Shown: positions 8,950-17,369 of the stretch, piece after piece
How positions within the stretch are numbered: position 1 is the first letter of the stretch
How the letters are laid out: the number at the start of each line of letters is the position of its first letter
NCBI GenBank assembly: GCA_965219455.1
Contig: OZ244744.1
Location: 3,296,001-3,360,000 of the forward strand
From: Candidatus Latescibacterota bacterium
GTDB lineage: Bacteria > Latescibacterota > UBA2968 > GCA-2709665
DNA length: 64,000 nucleotides
Direction of reading: 5' to 3'
Notes under the pieces: generated by a model
Databases searched by the model: none
Told to the model about the DNA's origin: nothing
What the model saw: the letters and a program-made list of their open reading frames with translations, nothing else
Made by a program: the position numbers and the translations under genes

Positions 8950-10824
8950 TCAAATCCTGTCGATTCCCCAGAGGTGCCCCAGCAGGTAGTTATTGATATT
9001 CCCTCGTTGCCCTCCGATGCCGCCCAGGTGATAGGCGCCGTCCACGGGATTCGCTTCGATGTAGCTTGCAATCGCGTCCCGTTCCCGGACCAGCCGCTTC
9101 AAGTGGTCCTGATCCCGCGTCCGGTGGTACGATTCCGCGGTCCGTCTGGCGCCCATCAGCCGGCCCCCATATTCAACCTGGGCGGCCAGGACATTCAGTC
9201 GGCCCTGGACGTCATCGGACGTCTCCGCGTCGTATGCCTCACGGATCAGGTCTTTGCCTCTGGCGATCAACTCGGGCGAAAGGAATGCGCCCAGGCCCTT
9301 CGACATGGGTTCGTGTTCCACGACCGCCCGCTCGAACGCCTCGTGCAGCGTTTGTACGGGTTCGGCCGCGGGGCCGAACATTTTCCGGAAATAGTCCTTC
9401 TGAAGTCCGTCGAAATCCACGTCGACGTCCCACATCGTCCGGGCTTGCACGACGTGGTTCAGACCATAGAATCCCCACAGCGTCCCCTCGCCCTGGAATT
9501 CGGCGCCCACAAACCCGTGCCGGTGCAGCCACCTGATATCGCTGTGAAACCTCTGCCCCGCCGAAAAGGGGGCATGGGCAAACGAACTGTGGGGGTTATA
9601 ACCGTAATAGGCCAGCGGCGTACCCGTGGCGGCCCATCCCTCCACGGCCCTCTGGAAGATAAAGTGGTTCCCCGCGGGATCTTCGAGGGGCCGGTTAAAC
9701 GACACGAACCCGTGCGGCGAACAGGCCAGCTTGACCATCACGTTCGGATGCACGGCAATCGTCGGCGGCGGAATCGTCTGATGGTGTCCCAGGATCATCA
9801 AGTTCCGGTCCGGCCAGCGCTCGCAGAACCGTTCCGCCACCCGGTTGGCGAAGTCCACCATACAATCGGTCCGGATGATCTGATCCTCGCCAAGAAATAC
9901 CAGAGATCCCTGGTTACACTTCGACAGGCAAGCCGGGCACCGGCAGTGGAACTGGCCATCCGCCTGGGAAATGCTCACGAAGCCCGCATCCGGGTTGCGT
10001 TCCATCGTCTCAAGGGCCTTCCGGACCACCAGGTCCAGGACATCGGGATTTGACCTGCAGATGTGTATCCCGTATTCGTTCGCCCTCCTCTCGAACAACT
10101 CGCCCTGTTCGTCGACGGCGAAGTATTCCGGGTGCGAATCCCAGTATTGGTCAGGCGGCACCATATAAGGCAGGGCGTGAGCGTGGTCCACGCACGCCAC
10201 GCCGCCGCGCCTGCCGAAGAAGGACGTGACGTCCGGATCGTCGAAGGGCCAGAAGCCGGCGTTCAGCCGGTTCTTCACGCCCCAGTCCAGCAACTGTTCC
10301 TGCCGGGGCGACGAAAAGGGCTGCCACAGTCCGGACTCGCCCAGTCCGACCATCGCCGAGAAGAGGCACCGGAGGAACCGGAACCGGAACGACGGGTTGA
10401 TCACCGCCGTCCCAACGGGAAGCGCCAGGTCCCCCGCGGCGGGCACGTGCTCATCCTCAGGGTTCGGGCCGTACCACCGGACACCCAACCGCTCGATCAG
10501 CTCATACGCCGCAAACAGCGTGCCCCGGTCGTTCGCGCCTGACAGCGCGACCCTTTCCGGCGATACGCACAGCACAAACCCGTCGTCCCGCACCTCATCC
10601 ACCGGCAGGTCGCAAGCCTCCTCCCTGGCTTTGGCCCCCACCAGGATCCTTACGGGCGCGTGGCTTTTCTTCCCCTGAAGCAGCTCGATGGGCGACCCGG
10701 CCAGCTTGCCCAGGTAGCGCGCCAATTCTTCCCCGGCCATCAATTCGGCGGGTTCGGGTTGCGCCGGCACCTCCACCGCGCATCGCGCGCGGCGGTTCGC
10801 AGCCAGAATGACCGATTTATCCAT
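8950..10824 (-). CDS. DUF4838 domain protein with GH20/GH67-like N-terminal domain (putative glycoside hydrolase)
   Basis: GANDRGTLFAAYELIERLGVRWY, P.FRFR, HPEYFA, C.SNPDV and DG..CRCPAC motifs; no signal peptide. Confidence 0.8.
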   Translation of the reverse strand: MDKSVILAANRRARCAVEVPAQPEPAELMAGEELARYLGKLAGSPIELLQGKKSHAPVRILVGAKAREEACDLPVDEVRDDGFVLCVSPERVALSGANDRGTLFAAYELIERLGVRWYGPNPEDEHVPAAGDLALPVGTAVINPSFRFRFLRCLFSAMVGLGESGLWQPFSSPRQEQLLDWGVKNRLNAGFWPFDDPDVTSFFGRRGGVACVDHAHALPYMVPPDQYWDSHPEYFAVDEQGELFERRANEYGIHICRSNPDVLDLVVRKALETMERNPDAGFVSISQADGQFHCRCPACLSKCNQGSLVFLGEDQIIRTDCMVDFANRVAERFCERWPDRNLMILGHHQTIPPPTIAVHPNVMVKLACSPHGFVSFNRPLEDPAGNHFIFQRAVEGWAATGTPLAYYGYNPHSSFAHAPFSAGQRFHSDIRWLHRHGFVGAEFQGEGTLWGFYGLNHVVQARTMWDVDVDFDGLQKDYFRKMFGPAAEPVQTLHEAFERAVVEHEPMSKGLGAFLSPELIARGKDLIREAYDAETSDDVQGRLNVLAAQVEYGGRLMGARRTAESYHRTRDQDHLKRLVRERDAIASYIEANPVDGAYHLGGIGGQRGNINNYLLGHLWGIDRI

Positions 10825-12094
10825 CTTCTACCTCGACTTCCCACGTGTAAGCCGCGGCGCCGTTGTCGTTCTCCACGCGGCAGGTGACCGAATGTCTGCC
10901 CGCCCTGTCTGCCTCAAACCGCAGCGACCTGCCGTTTCCGGGCATCGTCCTGCCGTCCGATGTCCACGAAAACCGGAGTCCGGGATCTTCAGCTTCGTCG
11001 ACAGGTAATTCGGCGCACCCGACGTGGCGATACACCCCGTCGCCGTCCCGCTGGCGCGAGCCGTCCGGGGCGATCCAACCGTCGTCCAGGTCCCGCGCGG
11101 AATAGTACATCAGGTATCTGCCCGGCAATTTCAATACGTGCGGGGTGGACGTGTACCTGCCGTCGAACGCATCCCTGCGCGAGTTCGGGGGAAACGTCGG
11201 CACGTCGTTCTGGTAGTACCAGGTGCTGCCGTCGCGGGTGCGCCCGAACGAAATGTCGAAGGCGCCGCCCGCCCGGTGACCGCCGAACCACATCGCCAGT
11301 TCGTCCCGATCGCGCACTACGAAAGGATACACGCACGAGCGATAGATCCCGCCGTACCGAACCGCGTCTCCCACCGTGTCCCAATGCAGACCGTCCTCGG
11401 ACCGGGCCGAAATGATGTTTTCGGTCATCTTCAGATCCGGGGTGTCCACAGACGGGGCGTTGACCCACATTCTGTACGTCCCATCATCCTGTTTCATCAC
11501 GCATGGACGCCGCCCAGTACGCAGCACCGGCTCCGGGTGGAACGTCCATGAAATCCCGTCGGGACTCTCGCCGTATCCCACCCGCTGGTTCAACCACGGA
11601 CTGCCCTCCCGGTCGCTCTCATCCACCGCCGTAAACCACATCTTGTATATCTTATCCTGTAGATCGTAAAGCACACAGGGCGACTGGAAACGCCAGCCCC
11701 AGGGAATCGCATGGTCGGTCACGATCGGATTGTCGGGATATGCCTCCCAGTTCAATCCATCACTCGACACGGCGTACCCGAGGTGGATGTACGAAGGACC
11801 GCGAGCGTGGTCGGAACTGCCCACGTACCACATCTTGTAGATGCCGTCCAGTCTCAGCACGCAGGGCATGTAGAGGAGCACGCGGCACCAGTCCTGACGG
11901 GTCGTCGCTGCCGACAGGATGGGCTCGGACTGACGCCGCCACACCTGCCCTGTCGGGAGGCATTGACAGGGCTCGACATCGAGACGCAGGTCCACAGCGC
12001 CTCCGGCCTTGACTGAAATCCGCGGACCGGTCGGATTGATCCCACAGATTCGGGGCAAATACCACTTCGGCCCTTCGAGAACACTCGCTGCCAC
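10817..12094 (-). CDS. Five-bladed beta-propeller glycosidase-like protein (GH32/43/130 superfamily) with PKD/Ig-like extension
   Basis: Repeated P.V...Y.MWY/F...GYA.S.DG..W blades. C-terminal FSWTSDG...GRHSVTCRVEND...TWEVEVE is PKD-like. Confidence 0.75.
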   Translation of the reverse strand: MAASVLEGPKWYLPRICGINPTGPRISVKAGGAVDLRLDVEPCQCLPTGQVWRRQSEPILSAATTRQDWCRVLLYMPCVLRLDGIYKMWYVGSSDHARGPSYIHLGYAVSSDGLNWEAYPDNPIVTDHAIPWGWRFQSPCVLYDLQDKIYKMWFTAVDESDREGSPWLNQRVGYGESPDGISWTFHPEPVLRTGRRPCVMKQDDGTYRMWVNAPSVDTPDLKMTENIISARSEDGLHWDTVGDAVRYGGIYRSCVYPFVVRDRDELAMWFGGHRAGGAFDISFGRTRDGSTWYYQNDVPTFPPNSRRDAFDGRYTSTPHVLKLPGRYLMYYSARDLDDGWIAPDGSRQRDGDGVYRHVGCAELPVDEAEDPGLRFSWTSDGRTMPGNGRSLRFEADRAGRHSVTCRVENDNGAAAYTWEVEVEDG

Positions 12095-12112
12095 CCGTAT
12101 TACCTCCGTGTG

Positions 12113-13066
12113 CTATTCCCCGCGGGGTCGATATCTGGGCGTGAACGCCCGTCCATAGAACAGCGGCATAAGCTCATACGGTACGTGGTCGGTCCGCCCG
12201 AGTGACTCCATGCCGCCGAACTCGTAGTCTGAATGGACCAGCCGCGAGAGCATGATGAGCCGTTCCTTGTCCGTTTCGATGTTGATGGTTCGGTGCATGA
12301 GGGGCCCGTCGGCGAACAGCAGCGCAGACCCCCGCTTTGCCGTGGTCTGATGGAAGAACTCGGAATCCGGATGGTCCGTGATGTACTGCTTCAAATCGTC
12401 GTATGAGAGGTCGAGTCTGTGGCTCCCCGCAAAGATCCCGGTACCGCCGTCACCGGGCCCCACGTCCGTAAGGTAGAGAATCATGCCGAGGATCTGCGTA
12501 TGGAACCAGCCATTTTTTCGAACTGCCCGGTCCTTGTGCCGCGTCACCCCGCCGTGCCAGCCCAGAACGGGGGTTTCGGAACGCCGGTTGAAGCGGACGG
12601 CGACCTGGTGGAAGCGGAAGGTCCCGCCCAGCAGTTCGGTTGCGATCCCCAGGACGCGCGGCCTGGTCAGTACGGACAGGTAGATGGGGTCCAGCCCCAG
12701 CACGTTCTCGATCTCCAGACGTTCGACGTGAAGGCCGCCCGAAGCCGTCCTTCTCCGGTTCGCCCGCCAGATCGCCCCGTCCCTGAAGTCCTCGTATTTT
12801 TTGGGCGGCGGCGGCGGCGTGATCTCCTTGTCGCCTACTGCGTCCAGGATTTCCGCCTTCATCTTGTTGGCTGAAGCCTCTATGGACTGCAACTCCCGTT
12901 CGGTAAACAGATCCTCGACGATAGTGTACCCGAACAACTCGAACCGCATCCGCTGTTCCAGCGTCAGGGCCGGGTATGGATAGTCGGGTTCGGTCTGCGG
13001 GACGTCCGAGAACCCGAATCCGGGATTCGGCGCTGTATACTCGGTTTTTGTTGCTGTCTCCGCCAT
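12113..13066 (-). CDS. Phytanoyl-CoA dioxygenase (PhyH) family Fe/2OG enzyme with HxG motif
   Basis: FELFGYTIVEDLFT, WHGG, YLTDVGPGDGGT..FAGSH, GSALLF...LMH...KERL; GGAGG RBS. Confidence 0.85.
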   Translation of the reverse strand: MAETATKTEYTAPNPGFGFSDVPQTEPDYPYPALTLEQRMRFELFGYTIVEDLFTERELQSIEASANKMKAEILDAVGDKEITPPPPPKKYEDFRDGAIWRANRRRTASGGLHVERLEIENVLGLDPIYLSVLTRPRVLGIATELLGGTFRFHQVAVRFNRRSETPVLGWHGGVTRHKDRAVRKNGWFHTQILGMILYLTDVGPGDGGTGIFAGSHRLDLSYDDLKQYITDHPDSEFFHQTTAKRGSALLFADGPLMHRTINIETDKERLIMLSRLVHSDYEFGGMESLGRTDHVPYELMPLFYGRAFTPRYRPRGE

Positions 13067-13126
13067 TTTTATGCACCTCCAGTGACATGACTCGTCAGGA
13101 AGTTAGGGGTATGAGCGTGCCCGTCC

Positions 13127-13954
13127 CTACGATCGGACCCAATGCCGGAACAGGGGTTTCACCTTTTCATGCATGGTATCATAGACTTCCAGCGGTACGG
13201 GCGGGACCTCGGGCGCATTCAACCCGGTTGCTTCCAACATCCGGGCCCGCTCTTCGGACCCGGGCATCAGGACATCGGTGGCGAGCCACCAGGGCGCGTA
13301 CCGGATCACAACCGACACACGCGGCGTGTCGGAGCGGTTGGGCGCCGTGGCGTGCCAGAGCCGGCTGTCCAGCATCAGCACGCTTCCCGCGTCGCCTTGC
13401 GCGTTGCACTCCCCGGGAATCGTGCCGAGCGGGTCGAATCCGTTCTCCCCGCTTGGATTGTTGTTCGAACGGTGGCTGCCGGGGAGAATGAGCGTTCCGC
13501 CGTTTTCCGCACTGAAGGGGGAGAGCATCCATAGCGTGGTGAGGTGCATCACCACATCGGGATAAGGCGCGGGTAGGTGCCCGGCGTTGTTCTGGTTGAA
13601 GGGCCAGTCGGCGTGCCACACGCCGCGCGGATTTTCCGGGAAATTCACCGTTGCGGTCGTGAAAGAGATCCGGGCGTGGTCGCCTAACATGCCCTTGACG
13701 ACACCCATGACCCGGGAATCCGCCACATAGGGCGCGAACGACTGCTCGCGGGCCACGAATCCGGAGACGTGCCCGATGCCTTTGTCATCGAGAGTTTCGG
13801 CATTCGCGTGCCGATGCACGGCATCCATAACGCGCGCGCTCACCGCCGCGACCCGGTCCTGGGGGACGACGTTCCTGACGACACACCAGCCGTTGACGCG
13901 CATCTGATTCAGTTCGCTCTTCATTTGATCGACCGCACATGCTCCTGAATCCAT
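13127..13954 (-). CDS. Phytanoyl-CoA dioxygenase (PhyH) family Fe/2OG dioxygenase, canonical HxD
   Basis: NGWCVVRNVV, WHADWP, NGGTLILPGSH, AGSVLMLDSRLWH...N.S..PR. Start set at ATG 13954 (GAGGG RBS). Confidence 0.88.
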   Translation of the reverse strand: MDSGACAVDQMKSELNQMRVNGWCVVRNVVPQDRVAAVSARVMDAVHRHANAETLDDKGIGHVSGFVAREQSFAPYVADSRVMGVVKGMLGDHARISFTTATVNFPENPRGVWHADWPFNQNNAGHLPAPYPDVVMHLTTLWMLSPFSAENGGTLILPGSHRSNNNPSGENGFDPLGTIPGECNAQGDAGSVLMLDSRLWHATAPNRSDTPRVSVVIRYAPWWLATDVLMPGSEERARMLEATGLNAPEVPPVPLEVYDTMHEKVKPLFRHWVRS

Positions 13955-14006
13955 ATAGGTACCCTCTTCGATAAGTGTGACGGCACTCAAGCCGCCGCGC
14001 ACCCGC

Positions 14007-16019
14007 TCAGGGTTGCAGGATCCAGATCCCGCCCACTTTTCCGGTGATGCTGTCGATGACGATCCACATCCCCAGGCACACCGCCTCACCCAGGATAATT
14101 CCCATGAAAAACGGTCTGGTCATTCTGTAGAGATTGGCTCCTCCGAACCGCAGCACGAGCGCCTTGATTCCCCAGGCGAGAAACACGCTGAAAAAGTAAT
14201 TATGCGTAAAGGCGATCGTACTCACCGGCAGCGCCACCGGGTGCAGCGGCCACCACGGGAGGCGCGACCGGAGCGACATCAGAACGACGACAACGGCGGC
14301 CCCCAGCGCCGTGTAAAGAAATCCGGGGTAGAAGATCGGAGTCGGTGAGAGCAACCGGCGCCCGATGTATTCGTCGAACGGCAGCGCGCAATCGTTTACG
14401 TCCCTGAACCAGTAATCCAGGTTGCGGCCGCCGTGCTCGTATCCCAATTGAAGCGTCGTATAGCTTGCGGTGGCGAGGCCCGCCGCAAGCGCGGCGCCCA
14501 TCGCCAGGACCAGCCCCCGCTTGCGTCCGATCTCCCGTGCGAGTCTGAGTGCGCCCGAGGCCCGTGGCATCAGCGTATTCAGCCGGGTCATCGTCCAGGC
14601 GAAGCTGACGCCAAGAGATGTCAGCCCCGTTGGGCTGAACGCCGCGGAACCCACCGCGCACACCACGAACTCTGACGGGTTCAGCGGGGCGTAGGTCACC
14701 GAATAACCGGTCTCGCTCACGATTCGGGCGAGAACCAGAAAGACGACAAAACAGAAAAAGCCCAGCAGCAGGACGAGATGGGGAGAGATGCCCGCCTGGT
14801 AGAGCCAGCATCCGAGATACAGGGTCCCCGCAACGATCCCGGCCACCGCGGAGCGGTAGGGGATCACCTCGTCCGAATCGTCCAGGCGTGACGGGCGGCC
14901 CATCGCCCTGGCCCACACCTCGCGAAGGTGCGCCCTGGCGATCCACAGACTGTACCCCGCCAGGGCGAGCATATAGCCCATGCCCATCATCGCCAGGAAT
15001 TCGGATCCCTGGGAACTGTGCCGGCCCACCACCCCGGAAACGCCGTATGTTTCCGCCCCCACTATGGCCAGAATTCCGCTGACGCACTTGGCGATCACGT
15101 TGAACAGCCAGATGCTCAGACTCACGTCCGTATTCACGAAATACGAGTACCCAAGGATCGCGAAATGAAGGCCGATATGCAAGGGAATCGCGCGGCGGAA
15201 GATCCAGATCACCGTTCTCAGCGGAATCCGGGGCAGGGAGTAGTAGTACCTCTGAAGCCCGTTCAACAATCCGATCAGAAACGGAACCGCGAATCCCCCC
15301 CACATCATCCTGTTGCGGAACAGGGGCCCCACCTTTCGCGGGCCCGCCTCGCTCATCTCCAGCGGCACCTGCATGATGGGAAACGCAAACCGTTCGTGCT
15401 CTTCCCACTGCTTCCTCATCAGGACCGCCAGGCAGACGAGCACGATGTAGAGTACGACCAGGAACGACCCCCAACTCCACAGGGGAACCACCCACGTCCA
15501 CCAGGGCACCGGGTCGCCGGCGGGAAGACCGTCGTACAGCCCCGTTACCGCTTGCGTATCCAGGTTCGACAGCCAGGGAAGGGCATTGGGCAACACGGCT
15601 TCCAGGTGCCGCATTTCCGGCGAGGCATAGTAGGTGACGCCCGTCATAAAGCCCAGCAGGGCCTTGGTGATTTTCCACGACGGCATCAGAAACAGCAACA
15701 TGACGTAGATGGCCAACAACTCGCCCCGCCCCAGCGCATATCGGCGCTTCAGGGCCGCCGCCAGTGGGTTTACGGCCAGAACAAGGACGAAGAAAACGAA
15801 CAGCACGCCCCGGTCCATAAAGTAGCTGCCCATGAAGGGCCCCTGGACGACCATACGGTTGTGCGTCAGCGCGACACCAAGGAACACGCAGAGGAGGAGC
15901 CCGATCAGGAAAGCCCGCAACGTCAGACCGTCCCGTGAAGACGCGAGATGATTCTCCGAAGACGCGTGTTGTTGTGGGTCGGCCCGATTCCACAGGCTTC
16001 GGGCTTGAGAGCCTTCCAC
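14007..16019 (-). CDS. DUF6785/DUF6784-type polytopic membrane protein (OPT-like putative transporter)
   Basis: 670 aa, many TM helices. GLTLRAFLIG, W.VPL.SW, RKQWEEHERF.FPI.Q.P, WWPLHP, K.LVLRFGG..LY...PFF.G.ILG signatures. Confidence 0.8.
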   Translation of the reverse strand: MEGSQARSLWNRADPQQHASSENHLASSRDGLTLRAFLIGLLLCVFLGVALTHNRMVVQGPFMGSYFMDRGVLFVFFVLVLAVNPLAAALKRRYALGRGELLAIYVMLLFLMPSWKITKALLGFMTGVTYYASPEMRHLEAVLPNALPWLSNLDTQAVTGLYDGLPAGDPVPWWTWVVPLWSWGSFLVVLYIVLVCLAVLMRKQWEEHERFAFPIMQVPLEMSEAGPRKVGPLFRNRMMWGGFAVPFLIGLLNGLQRYYYSLPRIPLRTVIWIFRRAIPLHIGLHFAILGYSYFVNTDVSLSIWLFNVIAKCVSGILAIVGAETYGVSGVVGRHSSQGSEFLAMMGMGYMLALAGYSLWIARAHLREVWARAMGRPSRLDDSDEVIPYRSAVAGIVAGTLYLGCWLYQAGISPHLVLLLGFFCFVVFLVLARIVSETGYSVTYAPLNPSEFVVCAVGSAAFSPTGLTSLGVSFAWTMTRLNTLMPRASGALRLAREIGRKRGLVLAMGAALAAGLATASYTTLQLGYEHGGRNLDYWFRDVNDCALPFDEYIGRRLLSPTPIFYPGFLYTALGAAVVVVLMSLRSRLPWWPLHPVALPVSTIAFTHNYFFSVFLAWGIKALVLRFGGANLYRMTRPFFMGIILGEAVCLGMWIVIDSITGKVGGIWILQP

Positions 16020-16029
16020 TCGTTCTCCC

Positions 16030-16048
16030 CTTTTTCAACGGACTGTTA
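16030..16048 (-). repeat. Solo terminal inverted repeat of the MITE at 44292-44407
   Basis: ctttttcaacggactgtta is the exact reverse complement of taacagtccgttgaaaaag (44289-44307). Confidence 0.6.
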
Positions 16049-16059
16049 TGGACGACATA

Positions 16060-17082
16060 TCAAGTCCTGGGGCACACGGCCACGCCGATGTGGCGGTAGA
16101 TTCCAGCTTTATCGATGCCCAGCGTGTCCGCTCCGGTTCTATAGAGGGTACCCCAGTCCCTGGCGGAATAGTACATCAGGTAGCGGTCCCCGCCGTCGAC
16201 GACACACGGCGTGGAGGTATACCGCCCGTCGTAGTCGACGGGATTACGCGTCGCCGGCAGGGCGGGCGTGTCCTGGTGGTGGGTCCAGTTCAGGCCATCG
16301 GCGGACGTCGAACAATATATCTCGAATACGGGGCGAACCAGGGGGGTGTCGGCACCCGCGTCAATCAGCACTTCGCCTTCGGCAGGCCAGGCCCCGTACC
16401 ACATGATATATCCGTCACCGTCCCGCATAACGAAAGGATAGATTGTGCCCCTGAGCTTCTCGTTGAAGCTTACGGCGGGTTCGGGGTCCCGCGTCCACTC
16501 GATGCCGTCGGAGGACTCGAATCGATAGATGTGCCGGACCAGATCGTCGAAGCTTCCATCCGGCGTCGGCGATGAGTTCATCCACATCCGGTAGGCGCCG
16601 GGACCGTCCTTGATCACGCACGGACGTCGTCCGCTGTGATAGATCGGCTCGGGATGAACGTCCCATTTCAGCCCGTCGCGGCTGGTGGCATAACCCAGTT
16701 GCTGCTCGAAGCTCACGAGCCAGGTTGGACCGCCCCGGACAACGGTCGACATAATGAACCACATTTTGTACAGGCCCTCGTCCGCGTCGAAGATCACATG
16801 GGGCGTCTGCCAGGCGTCGCAGGCGGGCAGATCGTCGCGGGTGAGGATGGGGTTGTCCGGGTGCTCGTTCCAGTGGATTCCGTCGTCCGACTCGGCGAAG
16901 CCCACGACCGAATCGTCTGTACGGGTGGCGGTACTTTGAGCGATGTACCACATCATGTACCTGTCCGCCACGCGGACCACCGTCGGATTGTAGAGTTCAA
17001 CCCGGCACCAGTCCTGCCGGGTGGTCAGGGCAGACAGAACCGGCTCTTCCCGTCGCTGCCATTTCGCAAGATGCATGGACAT
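16060..17082 (-). CDS. Five-bladed beta-propeller glycosidase-like protein, paralog of 10817-12094
   Basis: Shares EPVLSA.TTRQDWCRV.LY, FHPEP....GRRPCV.K, DGRYTSTP, YLMYYSARD and G.YRH.G with the paralog. Start at ATG 17082 (alternative 17118). Confidence 0.78.
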   Translation of the reverse strand: MSMHLAKWQRREEPVLSALTTRQDWCRVELYNPTVVRVADRYMMWYIAQSTATRTDDSVVGFAESDDGIHWNEHPDNPILTRDDLPACDAWQTPHVIFDADEGLYKMWFIMSTVVRGGPTWLVSFEQQLGYATSRDGLKWDVHPEPIYHSGRRPCVIKDGPGAYRMWMNSSPTPDGSFDDLVRHIYRFESSDGIEWTRDPEPAVSFNEKLRGTIYPFVMRDGDGYIMWYGAWPAEGEVLIDAGADTPLVRPVFEIYCSTSADGLNWTHHQDTPALPATRNPVDYDGRYTSTPCVVDGGDRYLMYYSARDWGTLYRTGADTLGIDKAGIYRHIGVAVCPRT

Positions 17083-17210
17083 GTATTCAGTCCCTTCGCC
17101 AGCGTCGAGCCGCGCCACTTCCCGGCACGACGGATTTACTGCCTTATTCGCGAATCAATCATCTCAGCTCCGCACAATGGCTTGTGGAGCCGTTGAGGAA
17201 GCGTGTGTGA

Positions 17211-17236
17211 ATGTGGGGCAGACACTTCTGTCTGCC
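17211..17236. repeat. REP-like palindrome GTGGGGCAGACA...TGTCTGCCC
   Basis: gggcagaca-cttc-tgtctgccc; an inverted homolog lies at 58951-58976. Confidence 0.6.
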
Positions 17237-17369
17237 CTTCTCATTGACTTGAGTAAGGAAACTACTTTTTTTGTGAATTGTCCAGATTAAACACGTTCGC
17301 CGCCGCTCATGCCTGTCCGGTGTTCCATTCTGGCGACTCGGTCAATTGATGATGGGAAGCCCGGGCCGT

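Noticed and set aside
14200-16038. 612-aa same-strand alternative-frame ORF over the DUF6785 gene
   Set aside because: Arg/Gly/Pro-rich low-information translation typical of off-frame GC-rich sequence.
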